Source: a virus
Lineage: Duplodnaviria > Caudoviricetes
IMG/VR virus record: IMGVR_UViG_3300049173_000066
Span: 1-37,949 of that record
Reading direction: 5' to 3' (one strand)
DNA length: 37,949 bases
This document shows, piece by piece, positions 8,410 through 19,167 of the stretch (its first letter is position 1; each line of letters starts with the position of its first letter). Under the pieces are notes generated by a model, which worked only from the letters and a program-made list of their open reading frames with translations, ran no database searches and was not told the DNA's origin. The translations under genes and the position numbers were made by a program.

Positions 8410-9330
8410 TCACACGTTCGGAACGCGAAGTGCGTCCCACGAGGTCTTGCCGGGGATTCCGTCGCAGTCCGCGTCGGACCAGCCGAGTTTGTGTTCCTTC
8501 GAGTACTTCCGCTGCCAGGCGGCGAAGCTCGCCCGGTCCGTGTTCGTCCAGTTCGGCCCGGGGCCCTGCCGGTACTTGCCGCAGCCTTCGGCGACCAGGC
8601 GGCGGCCCATCGCGGTGATGATCGGGGAGTGGCGGCCGCCGTGGAAGAAGGAGGCGCCGGGGAACGGCTCATACGAGGGCTTCGGGCTGGGCTTCGACGG
8701 TGCGGGGGTGTCGGGCTTGGACGGGCCCGGCGAAGACGAGTTCAGGCGGTCCTTCACGCGGGCGCGCATGCTGCTCATCGTGAAGCCGCGCGGGTCGACC
8801 TTCCCCGGCTGCCACTCCAGGTGCCCGATGACCGACCGCTCGTTCCACTCGTGCGCCCGGCACAGCGCCGCGGCAACTTTCTCGATTGCCTCGAGCTGAG
8901 CCTTCGGCCACGGGTCCTTTCCGTCGCCCAGGTTCTCGCACTCGAAGCCGTAGAAGCGGGCGTTGCCGTCGGTGTTGGCCTCGTTGTCGGTCGGCACGGG
9001 GCGCTCGTCAATGACGGCCTGGAGGACGTCGTCGTCGCCGAGACCGGCGTGGTTCGCCCGGCCGTAACCGACGAGGTAGACGGTGCCGTCCTTGGCGATG
9101 ACGCCGTGGCACAGCGGGCCGGGCAGGGACGCGTGCCCGTTGCGGCAGAGGTCGACCGTGTCCTGGGTGCCTCGGGTGACGGTGTGGTGGATCATCACGC
9201 CGTGCATGGGGCCCCAGGCGCCCTTGCTGTTGCGGTTGTGAGTCCGCCAGCTGCCGACCTCGCGGACGGTCAGGCCCTCGTCTCGGAGTGCCTTCAGAAA
9301 TGCGGCGGCGCTCAACGGCTTCGCCATCAC
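8410..9330 (-). CDS. Endolysin: N-acetylmuramoyl-L-alanine amidase plus peptidoglycan-binding domain
   Basis: GVMIHHT, ANHAG, GFECEN, IGHLEWQPGKVDP zinc-amidase motifs; Pro/Ser linker; C-terminal DGIPGKTSW. Confidence 0.92.
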   Translation of the reverse strand: MMAKPLSAAAFLKALRDEGLTVREVGSWRTHNRNSKGAWGPMHGVMIHHTVTRGTQDTVDLCRNGHASLPGPLCHGVIAKDGTVYLVGYGRANHAGLGDDDVLQAVIDERPVPTDNEANTDGNARFYGFECENLGDGKDPWPKAQLEAIEKVAAALCRAHEWNERSVIGHLEWQPGKVDPRGFTMSSMRARVKDRLNSSSPGPSKPDTPAPSKPSPKPSYEPFPGASFFHGGRHSPIITAMGRRLVAEGCGKYRQGPGPNWTNTDRASFAAWQRKYSKEHKLGWSDADCDGIPGKTSWDALRVPNV

Positions 9331-9466
9331 GTGCTCGCTTCTCCCCGCGCCCTTGATTTTCAGGCGTTCTGCGCACCACCAGGGATGCGTCCCTCAGGGT
9401 GAAGCGGGGCGGAGGGTCGCCCGTTGGTCTCAGGCTACGGCCGGCCGGGGACGGGATTCCCCCTGC

Positions 9467-9781
9467 TCACTCCTCCGGCGGCTGCGGGTCCAGCAGGGCG
9501 GCGGACAGGATCGTGGCGCGCTTGCTACACAGGCCGCAGTAGATCACCACGTTGCTGCCGTTGTTGGAGTACATCATCGGCACTTCTTGGACGATGTTGT
9601 AGTTCGGGCAGGTGTTGGTGGCGCAGCAGCACGTGGCCGAGTACCAGAGGTACGGCTGGAAGAAGACCGGCTCGGTGGGCTGGAGCGGCGGCTCGGTGCT
9701 GGGCTCCGGGTCGGTCTGGGTCGGCGGCTCGACGGGCGGATCGTCGGTGGTGGTCTGCTCGGTGTTGATGGTGTCGCTCAT
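9467..9781 (-). CDS. Small Cys-rich tail-associated protein
   Basis: ATG 9781 overlaps upstream TGA; Pro/Thr-rich N-terminus, C-x4-C and CxxC. Confidence 0.6.
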   Translation of the reverse strand: MSDTINTEQTTTDDPPVEPPTQTDPEPSTEPPLQPTEPVFFQPYLWYSATCCCATNTCPNYNIVQEVPMMYSNNGSNVVIYCGLCSKRATILSAALLDPQPPEE

Positions 9782-11562
9782 GATCCAATGACCATCCAGT
9801 TCACTGTGGTGGCGGTTGTGTTTTCGCGGTTGACCCACACCGTCAGCCCGGTTGCGCTGACGGAGGAGACGCTGACGCCGGTGACGCCCGCGCCGGGCGG
9901 AGTGGCGGCTGCGCGGTATCCGGGAACGGTGCTGTTCGGGGTGGCGTAGCCGCGGAAGGTGGTTCCGGCCACGTTCAGGCCGGTGACGATGCTGCTGGTC
10001 GGCGTGTACGCGGCGGCCGGGGTGATGGTGACGGTGCCGGTGGCGATGTTCGGCGCACTGAGCACGCCGCCGATCGTCAGGTTCCCGGCCAAGTCCAGAG
10101 ACATCCGGTAGGTGCTCGCGTCGCTGTTGTACAGGCGCATCATGTAGCCGGTGTGGCCTGCTGCTGTCTCTGCGTAGACGGCGGTGTTACTGCTGGCCGG
10201 TGGAAGGGCCTGGAGTCTGCCGTGGAGCTGCGCGTTGCCGGGGGTAAAGATGAAGTCGGACCGCTGTGGTGAAGTCGCGTCCACCCATCCGATCTGGACG
10301 TAGTCGCCGTTCATGTAGATGCGGCCGCCGATGTAGGTGGTTTGCGACGTGTTGCGGATTCGTTCGGCGACCCAGAAGTCGTTCCCGAAGAACGTCCGCC
10401 ACATCATGTCGGTGTAGCCGCTGCCGGTGAATGTGCCGCTGTTCAGGCCGAGGTCGGCGTCGCCAGGGTTGGGCTCGACGACGTTGATGAACGCGGATTT
10501 GGTACCGCTGGCGTTGGTGAACCGCAGGTTCGGGTAGGTGCTGTTGGGGTCGAGCTGCATGACGGCACCGCTACTGCCCGCGAGTAGGAGTCCCTCGGGA
10601 GAAAGCTCCCCGACCACCCGGCCGGTGGCGTCATAGACGAGGACTGCGTTCTCCCCAGCTTCATTGACGGTGATGCGCTCACCACTGGTGGCGGTCTGGA
10701 ACAGGCCACCGGTGATGGTCTTGCCGGTGATGGCGTCCGCTTTCAGCGCGGTGGCGTCCACGGATCCGGCGGCGAGTTTGCTGGTGGTGACCGAGTTGGC
10801 GTCCAGCTTGTCGGTGGTGATGGCCAGCGCGGCGACCTTCGCCGCGGTGACCGCCTCTGCGGCGAGCTTGTCGGTGAGGACGGCGCCGGTGGCGATCTGC
10901 CCGGCCTGGATAGCTCCGGCGATGACTTTCTGGGTGGTGACGGCGTCGTCGGCGATCTCGGTGGTGCCGATCGCGCCGGTGGCGACCTTGGCCGCGGTCA
11001 CGGCGTCGTTCGCGAGCTTCACCTCGGTGACGATGCCGTCGAGGATGTCGGAGGCGACGACCGGAGACGGACCGTACGGGCCTGTCTCGGTCGAGCTGGG
11101 TGAGGCTGCGCCGGAGGTGTTCCGGGCCACGAGCCGCACGTACACCGGCGTCCCGGTGGGGACGACGACGGTGGCGCCCTGCGCGGTCTCGATCGTCGAC
11201 TGGAGCGTGCTGGGCAGCGGGTCGAAGCCGGGGGTGGCTGATGCGTGGACCTCGACGCGGGACCAGTCCAGCGGGATGGTGGCCCCAGCTGCGAACGTGC
11301 CGTCCCAGGAGACGGTGACACCGCCGAGCACGGAGACGACGATCGGCGCCGACGGGGCCGGGGGCGGCGGGCCGTTGACTACCTGGATCCCCGACGTGCC
11401 GTCCACCTGCTGGCCAACGATCGCGCGCAGCGACCCAGTGTCGTCCTTCACCTCCAGCGCGGCGTTCTCGATGCTCGCGCCGTGCGCGACCCGCTGCCCC
11501 TTGCGGATCTCGGCGACCTCGCGGCGCAGTCGGGCGACCTCCTGGGCGAGGGAGTTGTACAT
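9778..11562 (-). CDS. Minor tail / tail fibre protein
   Basis: ATG 11562 after GGAGGT; FN3-like segment; repeated AVTAAKVA-type motifs. Confidence 0.8.
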   Translation of the reverse strand: MYNSLAQEVARLRREVAEIRKGQRVAHGASIENAALEVKDDTGSLRAIVGQQVDGTSGIQVVNGPPPPAPSAPIVVSVLGGVTVSWDGTFAAGATIPLDWSRVEVHASATPGFDPLPSTLQSTIETAQGATVVVPTGTPVYVRLVARNTSGAASPSSTETGPYGPSPVVASDILDGIVTEVKLANDAVTAAKVATGAIGTTEIADDAVTTQKVIAGAIQAGQIATGAVLTDKLAAEAVTAAKVAALAITTDKLDANSVTTSKLAAGSVDATALKADAITGKTITGGLFQTATSGERITVNEAGENAVLVYDATGRVVGELSPEGLLLAGSSGAVMQLDPNSTYPNLRFTNASGTKSAFINVVEPNPGDADLGLNSGTFTGSGYTDMMWRTFFGNDFWVAERIRNTSQTTYIGGRIYMNGDYVQIGWVDATSPQRSDFIFTPGNAQLHGRLQALPPASSNTAVYAETAAGHTGYMMRLYNSDASTYRMSLDLAGNLTIGGVLSAPNIATGTVTITPAAAYTPTSSIVTGLNVAGTTFRGYATPNSTVPGYRAAATPPGAGVTGVSVSSVSATGLTVWVNRENTTATTVNWMVIGS

Positions 11563-11563
11563 G

Positions 11564-12670
11564 TCAGGCCACCTCCGGGGCGCCGTAGTGGAAGGAGTCG
11601 GCGCGGGCCAGGTCGAGGGTGATGGCGTCCTCTCCTCCGTCGCCCGCGCCGGGCTTGACGGTCCAGCCGGTGATGCGGCACCAGGCGGACCAGGACGTCC
11701 ATTCGTTGTGGACGGTGACCTGGACGTCGTCGCCGATCTGCCAGGAGCCGAGGGGGGCGTGGGGGTGGTGGCGGACGGTGATCTGAGCGGTCTGTCCGAG
11801 GATCTGGCGGCGCTTGCGGTCCGCGGCCGCGCGTCTGGCGAGGACGTCGTTGCCGTTGACGGAGGGCAGGGCGAGGTGCTTTTCGATGCGCAGGCGGCCG
11901 TCGCGGACGGAGTCGATCGCTTTGCGGGTGGCGGTTCCTTCACCGCTGCCGGTGGCGATGACCGTGTTGGCGTAGTCCTCGCCGGAGTAGCGGATGGGCG
12001 GGCTGTCGATGATGTTGATGCCGGATTGAAAGGTGATGTCGGTGCGTCTGCGGCCGAGGCGGGGGTAGCCGAGGCGGACGCGGCGGACGACGGAGCCGTC
12101 GGTGGCGAACGAGGTGTGGTTGGCGTAGTCGGGGCTGTCGTCTTCGGAGACGAGGTTGTCGATGTGGTCGCCGAGTAGGGGCACCTCGTACCAGTGAGAG
12201 TGCCAGGGCTCCTTACCGGTGCCGACCTTGGCGGTGCTGGTGGTGGTGTCGACGACGACGCCGAGGCTGCCGTCGGGCTGCTCCTGGGCGTAGGCCCACA
12301 CGTCGCGGATGATTTTGCAGGGGTCGGTGTTGACGTACGGTCCGCGGGCGTTGAGTTCGCCGTGGTGGTCGTAGCGCTGGTTGAGGTAGGAGGACCATCC
12401 TGCGGCTTCCAGGGCCCAGGAGCGGCCCTGTGGCTGGGAGAACCAGAGGATGCCGCCCCACATCAGGAGCGTGCCGAACTGGGCGTAGAGGAAGACGTTC
12501 CCGGCGTCCAGGGCCGCGGCGTTCGCTTGGACGAAGCGGGGCTCTAGACGCCCGGTGAAGTGCCCGGGTCCGTTGAGTTCGTGGCCGAATTCGGGGTCAG
12601 CGACGGGCAGGGACGCGGCGAGGATCTGGTTGGTGAGGGCGTGCTGGGCCCAGTACCGCCAGCGGGCCAT
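11564..12670 (-). CDS. Minor tail protein (baseplate hub/Tal-like)
   Basis: ATG 12670 overlaps upstream stop; YANTVIATGSGEG and GDDVQV motifs; position after Dit. Confidence 0.78.
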   Translation of the reverse strand: MARWRYWAQHALTNQILAASLPVADPEFGHELNGPGHFTGRLEPRFVQANAAALDAGNVFLYAQFGTLLMWGGILWFSQPQGRSWALEAAGWSSYLNQRYDHHGELNARGPYVNTDPCKIIRDVWAYAQEQPDGSLGVVVDTTTSTAKVGTGKEPWHSHWYEVPLLGDHIDNLVSEDDSPDYANHTSFATDGSVVRRVRLGYPRLGRRRTDITFQSGINIIDSPPIRYSGEDYANTVIATGSGEGTATRKAIDSVRDGRLRIEKHLALPSVNGNDVLARRAAADRKRRQILGQTAQITVRHHPHAPLGSWQIGDDVQVTVHNEWTSWSAWCRITGWTVKPGAGDGGEDAITLDLARADSFHYGAPEVA

Positions 12671-13635
12671 CAGATGGGGCCCTCGGTGAACTCGATGTCG
12701 ATGACGAACGTTGTCGCCCCATCCACGCCGATCTTCCCCGCGTTGGCGGTACGGGTCCGCATGCGGGAGTAGAAGGGCTGGGTGGTGCCGCGCAGGGCCG
12801 CGCCGGTCGTGGTGGTGAGGCTGATCGTCTCGGCCATCATCATGGCGCCGAGCCGTCGGGCCGCAGTGCCCTGGTTGTCGTCGATGGACACCCACTGGGC
12901 GGCTTCCTCGGTGCCCAGCTTGAAGCGGAGGCCGCCGAATACGTTGCCGTCGGCGAGGCGTATGCCGCCGATCGTGAAGACGACCTTCGCTGTGGTGGCC
13001 CAGCTCGGGATGGCGATGTTCTGCATGTTGCCCGCGGGTGATGCGGACGGCAGAGGCGGGTGCGTCTTCCACGTCTCGCTCGTTCCGCTGATCTCCACGA
13101 GCGGGTCCTGCGCGTAGTAGGCGTACAGGACGCGGTCGCGCCGGGGGTTCGCGATCTTCCGCAGGTCGGTGATCATGCCTGCGGTGATGACGGACGTGCT
13201 GGCCGGGATGTTCACCCGGGCCAGGACGATGCCGCTGATTCCCGCGGGCAGGGCTGTCGCGGTCGAGGACACGTTGGAGGCGACGTACAGGTACCCGGCG
13301 GCCTGCGGGTCCCGGTTGCCCTCGTACTCCGGGTCCTCCACGCGCAGAATGATGAGGTCGGCGCGGGAAGAGCCGCCGGTCGCCGCGATCGGCACGTCCT
13401 CCGAGCCGATGTTGAACACGCTGTAGTGGCCCTGGAAAGGGTCGAACCGGCCCTTCACGACACCGGAACCGTCGCCGACGGTGACGCCGGCACCGTTGAT
13501 GGCCATCGGGGTGACCTTTAGATCGGTGCCCTGGGTGACGCCTTCGTTGTCCCGCGCCAGATCTTTGATCATGTGGCGGAAGACCTGCGCGGTGTGGTCG
13601 GCGTTCATCGTCAGCAGCGGGGTCTGCACGGTCAT
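12670..13635 (-). CDS. Minor tail protein
   Basis: RADLIILRVEDPEY and LARVNIPASTSVIT...ITDLR motifs; synteny. Confidence 0.75.
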   Translation of the reverse strand: MTVQTPLLTMNADHTAQVFRHMIKDLARDNEGVTQGTDLKVTPMAINGAGVTVGDGSGVVKGRFDPFQGHYSVFNIGSEDVPIAATGGSSRADLIILRVEDPEYEGNRDPQAAGYLYVASNVSSTATALPAGISGIVLARVNIPASTSVITAGMITDLRKIANPRRDRVLYAYYAQDPLVEISGTSETWKTHPPLPSASPAGNMQNIAIPSWATTAKVVFTIGGIRLADGNVFGGLRFKLGTEEAAQWVSIDDNQGTAARRLGAMMMAETISLTTTTGAALRGTTQPFYSRMRTRTANAGKIGVDGATTFVIDIEFTEGPI

Positions 13636-13648
13636 CGCGGTAGCTCCT

Positions 13649-14545
13649 TCACAGGGCCTTGTATGCGGGCCACCAGGAGACGGCCAGGCTGGAGGTGTTG
13701 GTGTTGTCGGTCGCGGTCCACGTCAGCTCGCTCGGCCCGGGGGGCAGCAGGAACTGATCCAGGCGCGAGTAGGGAGATGTGGGGGCAGTCGAGCCGTTGT
13801 TGCGGAGCACCGTCCGCCAGCCCGGCCGGGTATCGATCTCCAGCCACTCGCCGGTGACCAGGGTCGTGAGAACGGTGATGGTGCGGCCCGTGTCGACGTG
13901 GGTGACGGACGGGTTCGCGCACGGCCCGGTGATGCGAATGACCGGCCAGGTGGGGGCGGTGCCGGATACGTCGATGCGGCCGCGGCGCCCCTCGGGCCCG
14001 CCGTCGCCGTCCACATAGATCGGTGCCGACACCGGGGCCCGGAACCCGCCGGTGGAGATCAGCCCCAAGGTGAGTGTGATGCCCTCGGGCTGGTCGGCGT
14101 AGTACAGGTAGTCAGCCGCGGTGAACTCGATGTCCAGGGGCGCGAACCCGTGGACCATTTTGGTGAGGTCCGGTGCGAGTTTCCGTAGCCGCCCGCGGAC
14201 GGTGCGGGCCTCGCGGCCGGGGAACTTCAGCCGGAGGTCCATGGTGGTGCCGCCGTAGCCGCGTACGGCCTGGGTGTCCGGGGTGTCCTGGAGCGCGGCG
14301 AGCTGGTTCAGGACGGCGGCCGGCTGCCCGGCAGTGCGGATCGCGGCGTCGATACGGACGGTGCGGCCGCTGTAGTAGTCGCGGCCGAGCCACAAACCGT
14401 CTTCGCTGGGAGGTTCCACGTCGCTCGTGCGCAGGGGCGGCTGGCCCAGGCCCTCGATCGCACGCACCTGCACGTCGGTGCCGGCGCCGATGAGGACGCC
14501 GCCCAGCTCGTGCTGGAAGTCGGCCAGCTCCACGGGCGTGGTCAT
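13649..14545 (-). CDS. Distal tail protein (Dit)
   Basis: Directly after tape measure; GTAPTWPVIRITGP..NP and LEIDT motifs. Confidence 0.82.
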   Translation of the reverse strand: MTTPVELADFQHELGGVLIGAGTDVQVRAIEGLGQPPLRTSDVEPPSEDGLWLGRDYYSGRTVRIDAAIRTAGQPAAVLNQLAALQDTPDTQAVRGYGGTTMDLRLKFPGREARTVRGRLRKLAPDLTKMVHGFAPLDIEFTAADYLYYADQPEGITLTLGLISTGGFRAPVSAPIYVDGDGGPEGRRGRIDVSGTAPTWPVIRITGPCANPSVTHVDTGRTITVLTTLVTGEWLEIDTRPGWRTVLRNNGSTAPTSPYSRLDQFLLPPGPSELTWTATDNTNTSSLAVSWWPAYKAL

Positions 14546-17500
14546 CGTGCCCCCACTCCGCCGCGCGCCAGGCGCCGCAGCTGGTACGAGTTGTCGGCGT
14601 CGATCCGACGGGCAGTGTCGACTGCGTTGCCGCCGGAGGAGACGTTCCAGGTCTGCTGGCCGACGAGCGGGCCCTGCTCGCGGATGATGACGACGCGGCC
14701 TCCGGCGTTGGCGTCGGTGAGGCCGAGTCCGAAGCGGTGCGCCACGTCGGTGAGTACGCCCGTGGCCGAGGCTCGCTTGTTGGCGCCGAGCGGGATGTAC
14801 GCTTCGCCGCCGGTCTCGGGCTCCGCGAACCGCACCAGCCCGGCCCCCGTGGAGTACAGGCCCGCGCGGATACCGCCGTTCGCGTACGACAGGCCCTTCT
14901 GGGCGCGCGCCAGGTCGGACAGGAACTGGGCGGCGCGGCCACCGAGGGCGCTGCTGATCTGCCCCTTCGCCTTGGTGGCGACGGTGACGATCTCGTCTTC
15001 GCCGATACCGGTCTTCTCCGCCACGGCATGAATGCCGACCTTGCTGGAGGTGACCGCGGCGATGATCTGCACCATCTCGGCGACCTGCTCGGAGGTGAGC
15101 GCGTTGTTCGCGCGCTTCGCAGCGTCGTTCGCCTTCTTCGCCTTCCCGCGGTCCTTCACCGCGGAGGACGCGATGTCGATCGCGGCCTGGTCACCCTGCG
15201 CGGCGAGCTGGGAGGCGAGGTCCCCGTAGCCCATGCCCGCCAGCTTCGCGAGGTCGGCCTGGAACTTGCTGTTGGAGCTGGACGCCTTCTCCATCTGGCG
15301 GGTGTAGTCCGTCAGCGACGCCTTCGCCGTCTTGCCCAGGTCGCGCAACTGCTTCGCCATCAGCTCGATGTACCGCTTCGAGCCGTGCGCCATTTTGCGC
15401 GTCAGGGCGACGCCGTCCTCGCCCATGCCAGCCAGGGCCTGAGCAACGTCGGCGCCAACGCGGTCTGCGACCGTGGACAGATCCTTGTTCCAGGCGCGCG
15501 CGGCCCGTGCCGACTTCATCAGCTTGCCTTCAACGGCATCCAGGGAGAAGTACTCGACTTCCTTGGTCGTGTACTTGCCGTTCTTGCCCTTGACCCGCAC
15601 CTTCTTGGTCTTGTGTCCGGCCTGCCCAGCGTCGGAGGCGGAGTACAGGGACCCGGTCTGCGGGTCGTACCGCCAGTCGGTGACGCTGCCGTTGGCGTTC
15701 CACGCGATGGTCTGCGGGTCCCCGCCCAGTCGCCGGATGGTCTCCTCGGCTATCGCCCGCGACCGGAGGCGCTTGGTCGGGGCCAGCGGGATGTACGCCT
15801 CGCCGCCGGTTTCCGGTTCGGCCCACATGCGCCACGATCCGGCGGGGGCGATCTCGGCGACGTGGTTCTCGGCCCCGTCGGCGAAGCGGCGCACGCCGCC
15901 GCGCTGGATGCCGCCGTTGGCGTAGTAGTCGACCAACCCGCCGTCCGCCTTTTTCAGGTTGCGGGCCTGCGCGCGAAGCCCGGCGGCTGCGGACTTGGCG
16001 GTCCCCCGTACCTCGAAGACATCGACGTGCTTGGTGGTGATGGTGACGGTCTTGCCCCTGAGTGCGGCGATGGCGCCCTGGATCGCGGCGACCTGGGACC
16101 GCGGTGTGCCGGTGGGGACGGAGACCGTGACGCGCTTCCCCTTCGTGCTCTTGATCTTGAAGCCGAGCAATTCGAGCTGGTGGCGGCCCTCGGCTGTTGG
16201 CACCCGCATGGTGATCGTCTTGCCCTTGGAGCTACGCACCGCGGACTTCAGGTTCTCCAGGTCTTTGATCGCGCCCATCGTGGCCGCGTCGATCTTTATG
16301 GACTTGTTCTTCAGCCCGTCCCGGGTCCGCTTCACCTCCGCCAGCCGAGCCTTCGCGTCCCCCGTCTCCGCGGTCACCTTGAACTGCCCGTTCGGCAGAC
16401 GAGTGACCTTGAAGCCCAGAGACTCCAGCAGGGTGACCGCATCGGCGGTGAGGGCCTTCACCGTGACCGACTTCGCGTTCGGCGTCTTCTGGATAGCGGC
16501 GATCACCGAGTCGAGGCCCGCAATAGCGTCCTCGGTGCGCATCTCGACCTTCGTGGTCTTGCTGTCCGGGATGCTGAGGTACGTGTCGGCGAGCGCTTCA
16601 GCCTGCTCGCGAGTCAGGCCCATCGAATCGGCGGCTTCGACGAACGACTTCCGCCCCTTGCTGTATATGCCGCTGACGTATTCCCAACTCTTGCCCTGCT
16701 CGCGTGCCGAGGTCGCTGCGGCATCCGTGTTCGCAGCCAGCTCACTGAGAACCTTTTCGGCGTCGCGGGCCTTCTGCGAGCCGAGGTCGAGTTCTCCGTT
16801 GCGCACCTTCAGGGAGTTCTCATGGCCCTTGACGGCCTCGGTGGCGTCGTCGAGGGACTGCTCGAACGCGGACATGGCCGAACCGGCGGCCCGGTTGACG
16901 TCGTTCAGCGCCTGAATGCTCTGCCGAAGGCCGTCGGCGGACTTCTTCTGCGCGTCGAGCTTGCCCTGGGTCTCCTGCGCTGCCTTCCCGAACAGGCCCA
17001 TGGACTGGGCGGCCAACTCCTGCTCGAACTTCTGGTCCGCGAGGGCGCTCTTGTAGTCGTCGAGCTTCTTCCGGAAGTCGGACGCGGAGCCCCCGCTCTT
17101 GACGTACGCGGCCTCCATCCGCTTGAGGGCTGCGGCCGCGATGTCGGCTTTCCCGCCCTGCACGAGGTTCGCGAGTGACTTGTCGATCGCGTCGAAGTTC
17201 GCCTTAGCCTCTTTGACCGGAGTCGAGTCCCAGTTGCCGAGCGACAGCGTCTTGACCAGACCCTGCTGAATCTTGTCGGCGTTCGACGGGTCCGTCAGCG
17301 CCTTGACCTTGTCGTGCAGGCCGCCGAGATCCTTGCCGAACGCGCGCGCGGCCTCCCCGCTCACCTTGCCCGTACGGCCGAGGTTGCCGAGCGAGGTGGT
17401 CAGCTTGTCGACGTTGGGCGGGGCCTCCCGGCCCATGTCGGCGAGGCTCTTCACGGCGATGACGGCGGCGGCGATCCCGGCCACTACGATGCTTGCCTTG

Positions 17501-19146
17501 CCTGCGGTGCCCAGCGTGGCGAACGCGGCCCGCAGCCCGGCCAGTCCTCCCCCGGCGGCGGCGGACGCGGTCGCCAGCCCGGTGATCTGGGTGCGGACGC
17601 GGGCGAGCCCACCGGCGAGCGCGGCCATACCGGCGCCGGACAGCTGGAGAATCTTCAGTGCGGTCGCGACCTGGATGATGATGCCGACCAGTTCCGGCGG
17701 GAGCGCGGCGACCAGGCGAGCTACGGCGGTGACCAGGGTGAGCATGCTGGGCCCGGCTTCGGACGCGCCCCGCATGAGCGTGACGACGGCGTCCGAGATG
17801 GCCCGGATCGCCTCACGGGCAGCCGGCCCGTTCTCGCGCGCATACTGCATGAACTCGCTGATCGGGCCGTCGGTGGCCTTGCCCTCGGACAGCATGCGCA
17901 TGAAGTGCATGACCTTGTCGGTCATCTCATCGAGCTGCCGGTCGGTGAAGTCGGCGAACCGGTCGGCCATAGCGTCGAAGCCGGGGGTTTCCACGGCCCC
18001 GCCGGCGACGGTGACGAGCCTGTCCAGCTGGGTGGACGCTGTCTTGACGTGCGGCGTCAGCCGGGGGATCAGTTCGTCCAGGACGGCCAGACTCTTGGTG
18101 ACCGGCTCCATGGTGAACCGGGACATGTCGTCGGACCAGCCGGAGAAGTCTTCCTTCAGCGTCGACAGGGCGATGGAGGTCTTCTGCGTCTCCGGAGGCA
18201 GCTTGGCGAGCTGCTGCTGGTAGGCGTACTGCGCCTCCATCGCCTCTTTCGAGGTGCGGCCGTGCTCGACGATCGCGTCCTGGTACTTCTTCTCCGCGTC
18301 GACTACCTCGCCCAGCGGCCCGATCTGCCCGGCCAGGGCGATACCGAACGCGGCTGCGGCCGTGCCGCCGGCGGCGAACTGCCCGGCGAGCGGGGCGAGG
18401 TTGGCGCCGAGACCGGCCAGGAGCGGGATGGCGGCCGGCGCGAGCATCAGCAGACCTTGCAGCGCGCCCCCCATGCCCCCTCCACCGCCCCCGCCGCCGG
18501 GCCGGTTGAGGATCTGGGTCAGGTCGCCGAGGTCGCTGGTGTCCGCGCGGACCCGCACGGTGATGGTCTGGTTCATCGACGCCCAGCGCACCGCGTCCGT
18601 GACGTCGTGGCGCAGGCCCATGCGGTTCCCCAGGACCAGGGGGATCTCGATTCGGTGGCCCCATGCAGCCCAGCGCACTGCGTCGGTCACGTCGCGGCGC
18701 AGCTGCATCGTGTTCGTCAGGTGCAGGGAAACCCCTAGGCCCTGACCAGCGCCCGCGGAGGTGAGCGCCGTGTTCACCTCGTCGCGCAGATGGTCGGCGT
18801 CGATGTTCAGCGGGACGCGAATGCCCTGTCCGGTCCCGGCAGAGGTGAGGGCGGTTTGTACGTCGTCGCGCAGCCCGGCGGAGTCGATGCCCAAGCGGAC
18901 GCTGAGGCCCTGGCCCGCTCCTGCGGAGGTGAGGGCGGCTTCCACGTCGCTACGCAGGTGGTCGCCATCGACGTCCAGACGGACCGTGATGCCGTTGGCG
19001 GCCTCGGTCCGTAGTCGCTGGATGGCGCGGCGGGCCTCGTCGAGGCGGCGGGTAAGGGTACGGGCCTCCTTGGCGCTGTCGCGCAGCGTAGTCGCAAGAT
19101 CCGACCCCTGCCCGGTCAGGCGTACCGACAGATTCCACTCGGACAT
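14542..19146 (-). CDS. Tape measure protein
   Basis: 1534 aa, Ala-rich helical with hydrophobic middle; two ANGG...AEPETGGEAYIPL motifs; follows chaperones. Confidence 0.92.
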   Translation of the reverse strand: MSEWNLSVRLTGQGSDLATTLRDSAKEARTLTRRLDEARRAIQRLRTEAANGITVRLDVDGDHLRSDVEAALTSAGAGQGLSVRLGIDSAGLRDDVQTALTSAGTGQGIRVPLNIDADHLRDEVNTALTSAGAGQGLGVSLHLTNTMQLRRDVTDAVRWAAWGHRIEIPLVLGNRMGLRHDVTDAVRWASMNQTITVRVRADTSDLGDLTQILNRPGGGGGGGGMGGALQGLLMLAPAAIPLLAGLGANLAPLAGQFAAGGTAAAAFGIALAGQIGPLGEVVDAEKKYQDAIVEHGRTSKEAMEAQYAYQQQLAKLPPETQKTSIALSTLKEDFSGWSDDMSRFTMEPVTKSLAVLDELIPRLTPHVKTASTQLDRLVTVAGGAVETPGFDAMADRFADFTDRQLDEMTDKVMHFMRMLSEGKATDGPISEFMQYARENGPAAREAIRAISDAVVTLMRGASEAGPSMLTLVTAVARLVAALPPELVGIIIQVATALKILQLSGAGMAALAGGLARVRTQITGLATASAAAGGGLAGLRAAFATLGTAGKASIVVAGIAAAVIAVKSLADMGREAPPNVDKLTTSLGNLGRTGKVSGEAARAFGKDLGGLHDKVKALTDPSNADKIQQGLVKTLSLGNWDSTPVKEAKANFDAIDKSLANLVQGGKADIAAAALKRMEAAYVKSGGSASDFRKKLDDYKSALADQKFEQELAAQSMGLFGKAAQETQGKLDAQKKSADGLRQSIQALNDVNRAAGSAMSAFEQSLDDATEAVKGHENSLKVRNGELDLGSQKARDAEKVLSELAANTDAAATSAREQGKSWEYVSGIYSKGRKSFVEAADSMGLTREQAEALADTYLSIPDSKTTKVEMRTEDAIAGLDSVIAAIQKTPNAKSVTVKALTADAVTLLESLGFKVTRLPNGQFKVTAETGDAKARLAEVKRTRDGLKNKSIKIDAATMGAIKDLENLKSAVRSSKGKTITMRVPTAEGRHQLELLGFKIKSTKGKRVTVSVPTGTPRSQVAAIQGAIAALRGKTVTITTKHVDVFEVRGTAKSAAAGLRAQARNLKKADGGLVDYYANGGIQRGGVRRFADGAENHVAEIAPAGSWRMWAEPETGGEAYIPLAPTKRLRSRAIAEETIRRLGGDPQTIAWNANGSVTDWRYDPQTGSLYSASDAGQAGHKTKKVRVKGKNGKYTTKEVEYFSLDAVEGKLMKSARAARAWNKDLSTVADRVGADVAQALAGMGEDGVALTRKMAHGSKRYIELMAKQLRDLGKTAKASLTDYTRQMEKASSSNSKFQADLAKLAGMGYGDLASQLAAQGDQAAIDIASSAVKDRGKAKKANDAAKRANNALTSEQVAEMVQIIAAVTSSKVGIHAVAEKTGIGEDEIVTVATKAKGQISSALGGRAAQFLSDLARAQKGLSYANGGIRAGLYSTGAGLVRFAEPETGGEAYIPLGANKRASATGVLTDVAHRFGLGLTDANAGGRVVIIREQGPLVGQQTWNVSSGGNAVDTARRIDADNSYQLRRLARGGVGAR

Positions 19147-19167
19147 CGAGGCCCCTCCCTTCTGCGG

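Noticed and set aside
14737-18738. Long plus-strand ORFs opposite the tape measure, and similar ones across the structural module
   Set aside because: Antisense shadow frames with no motifs or ribosome-binding sites
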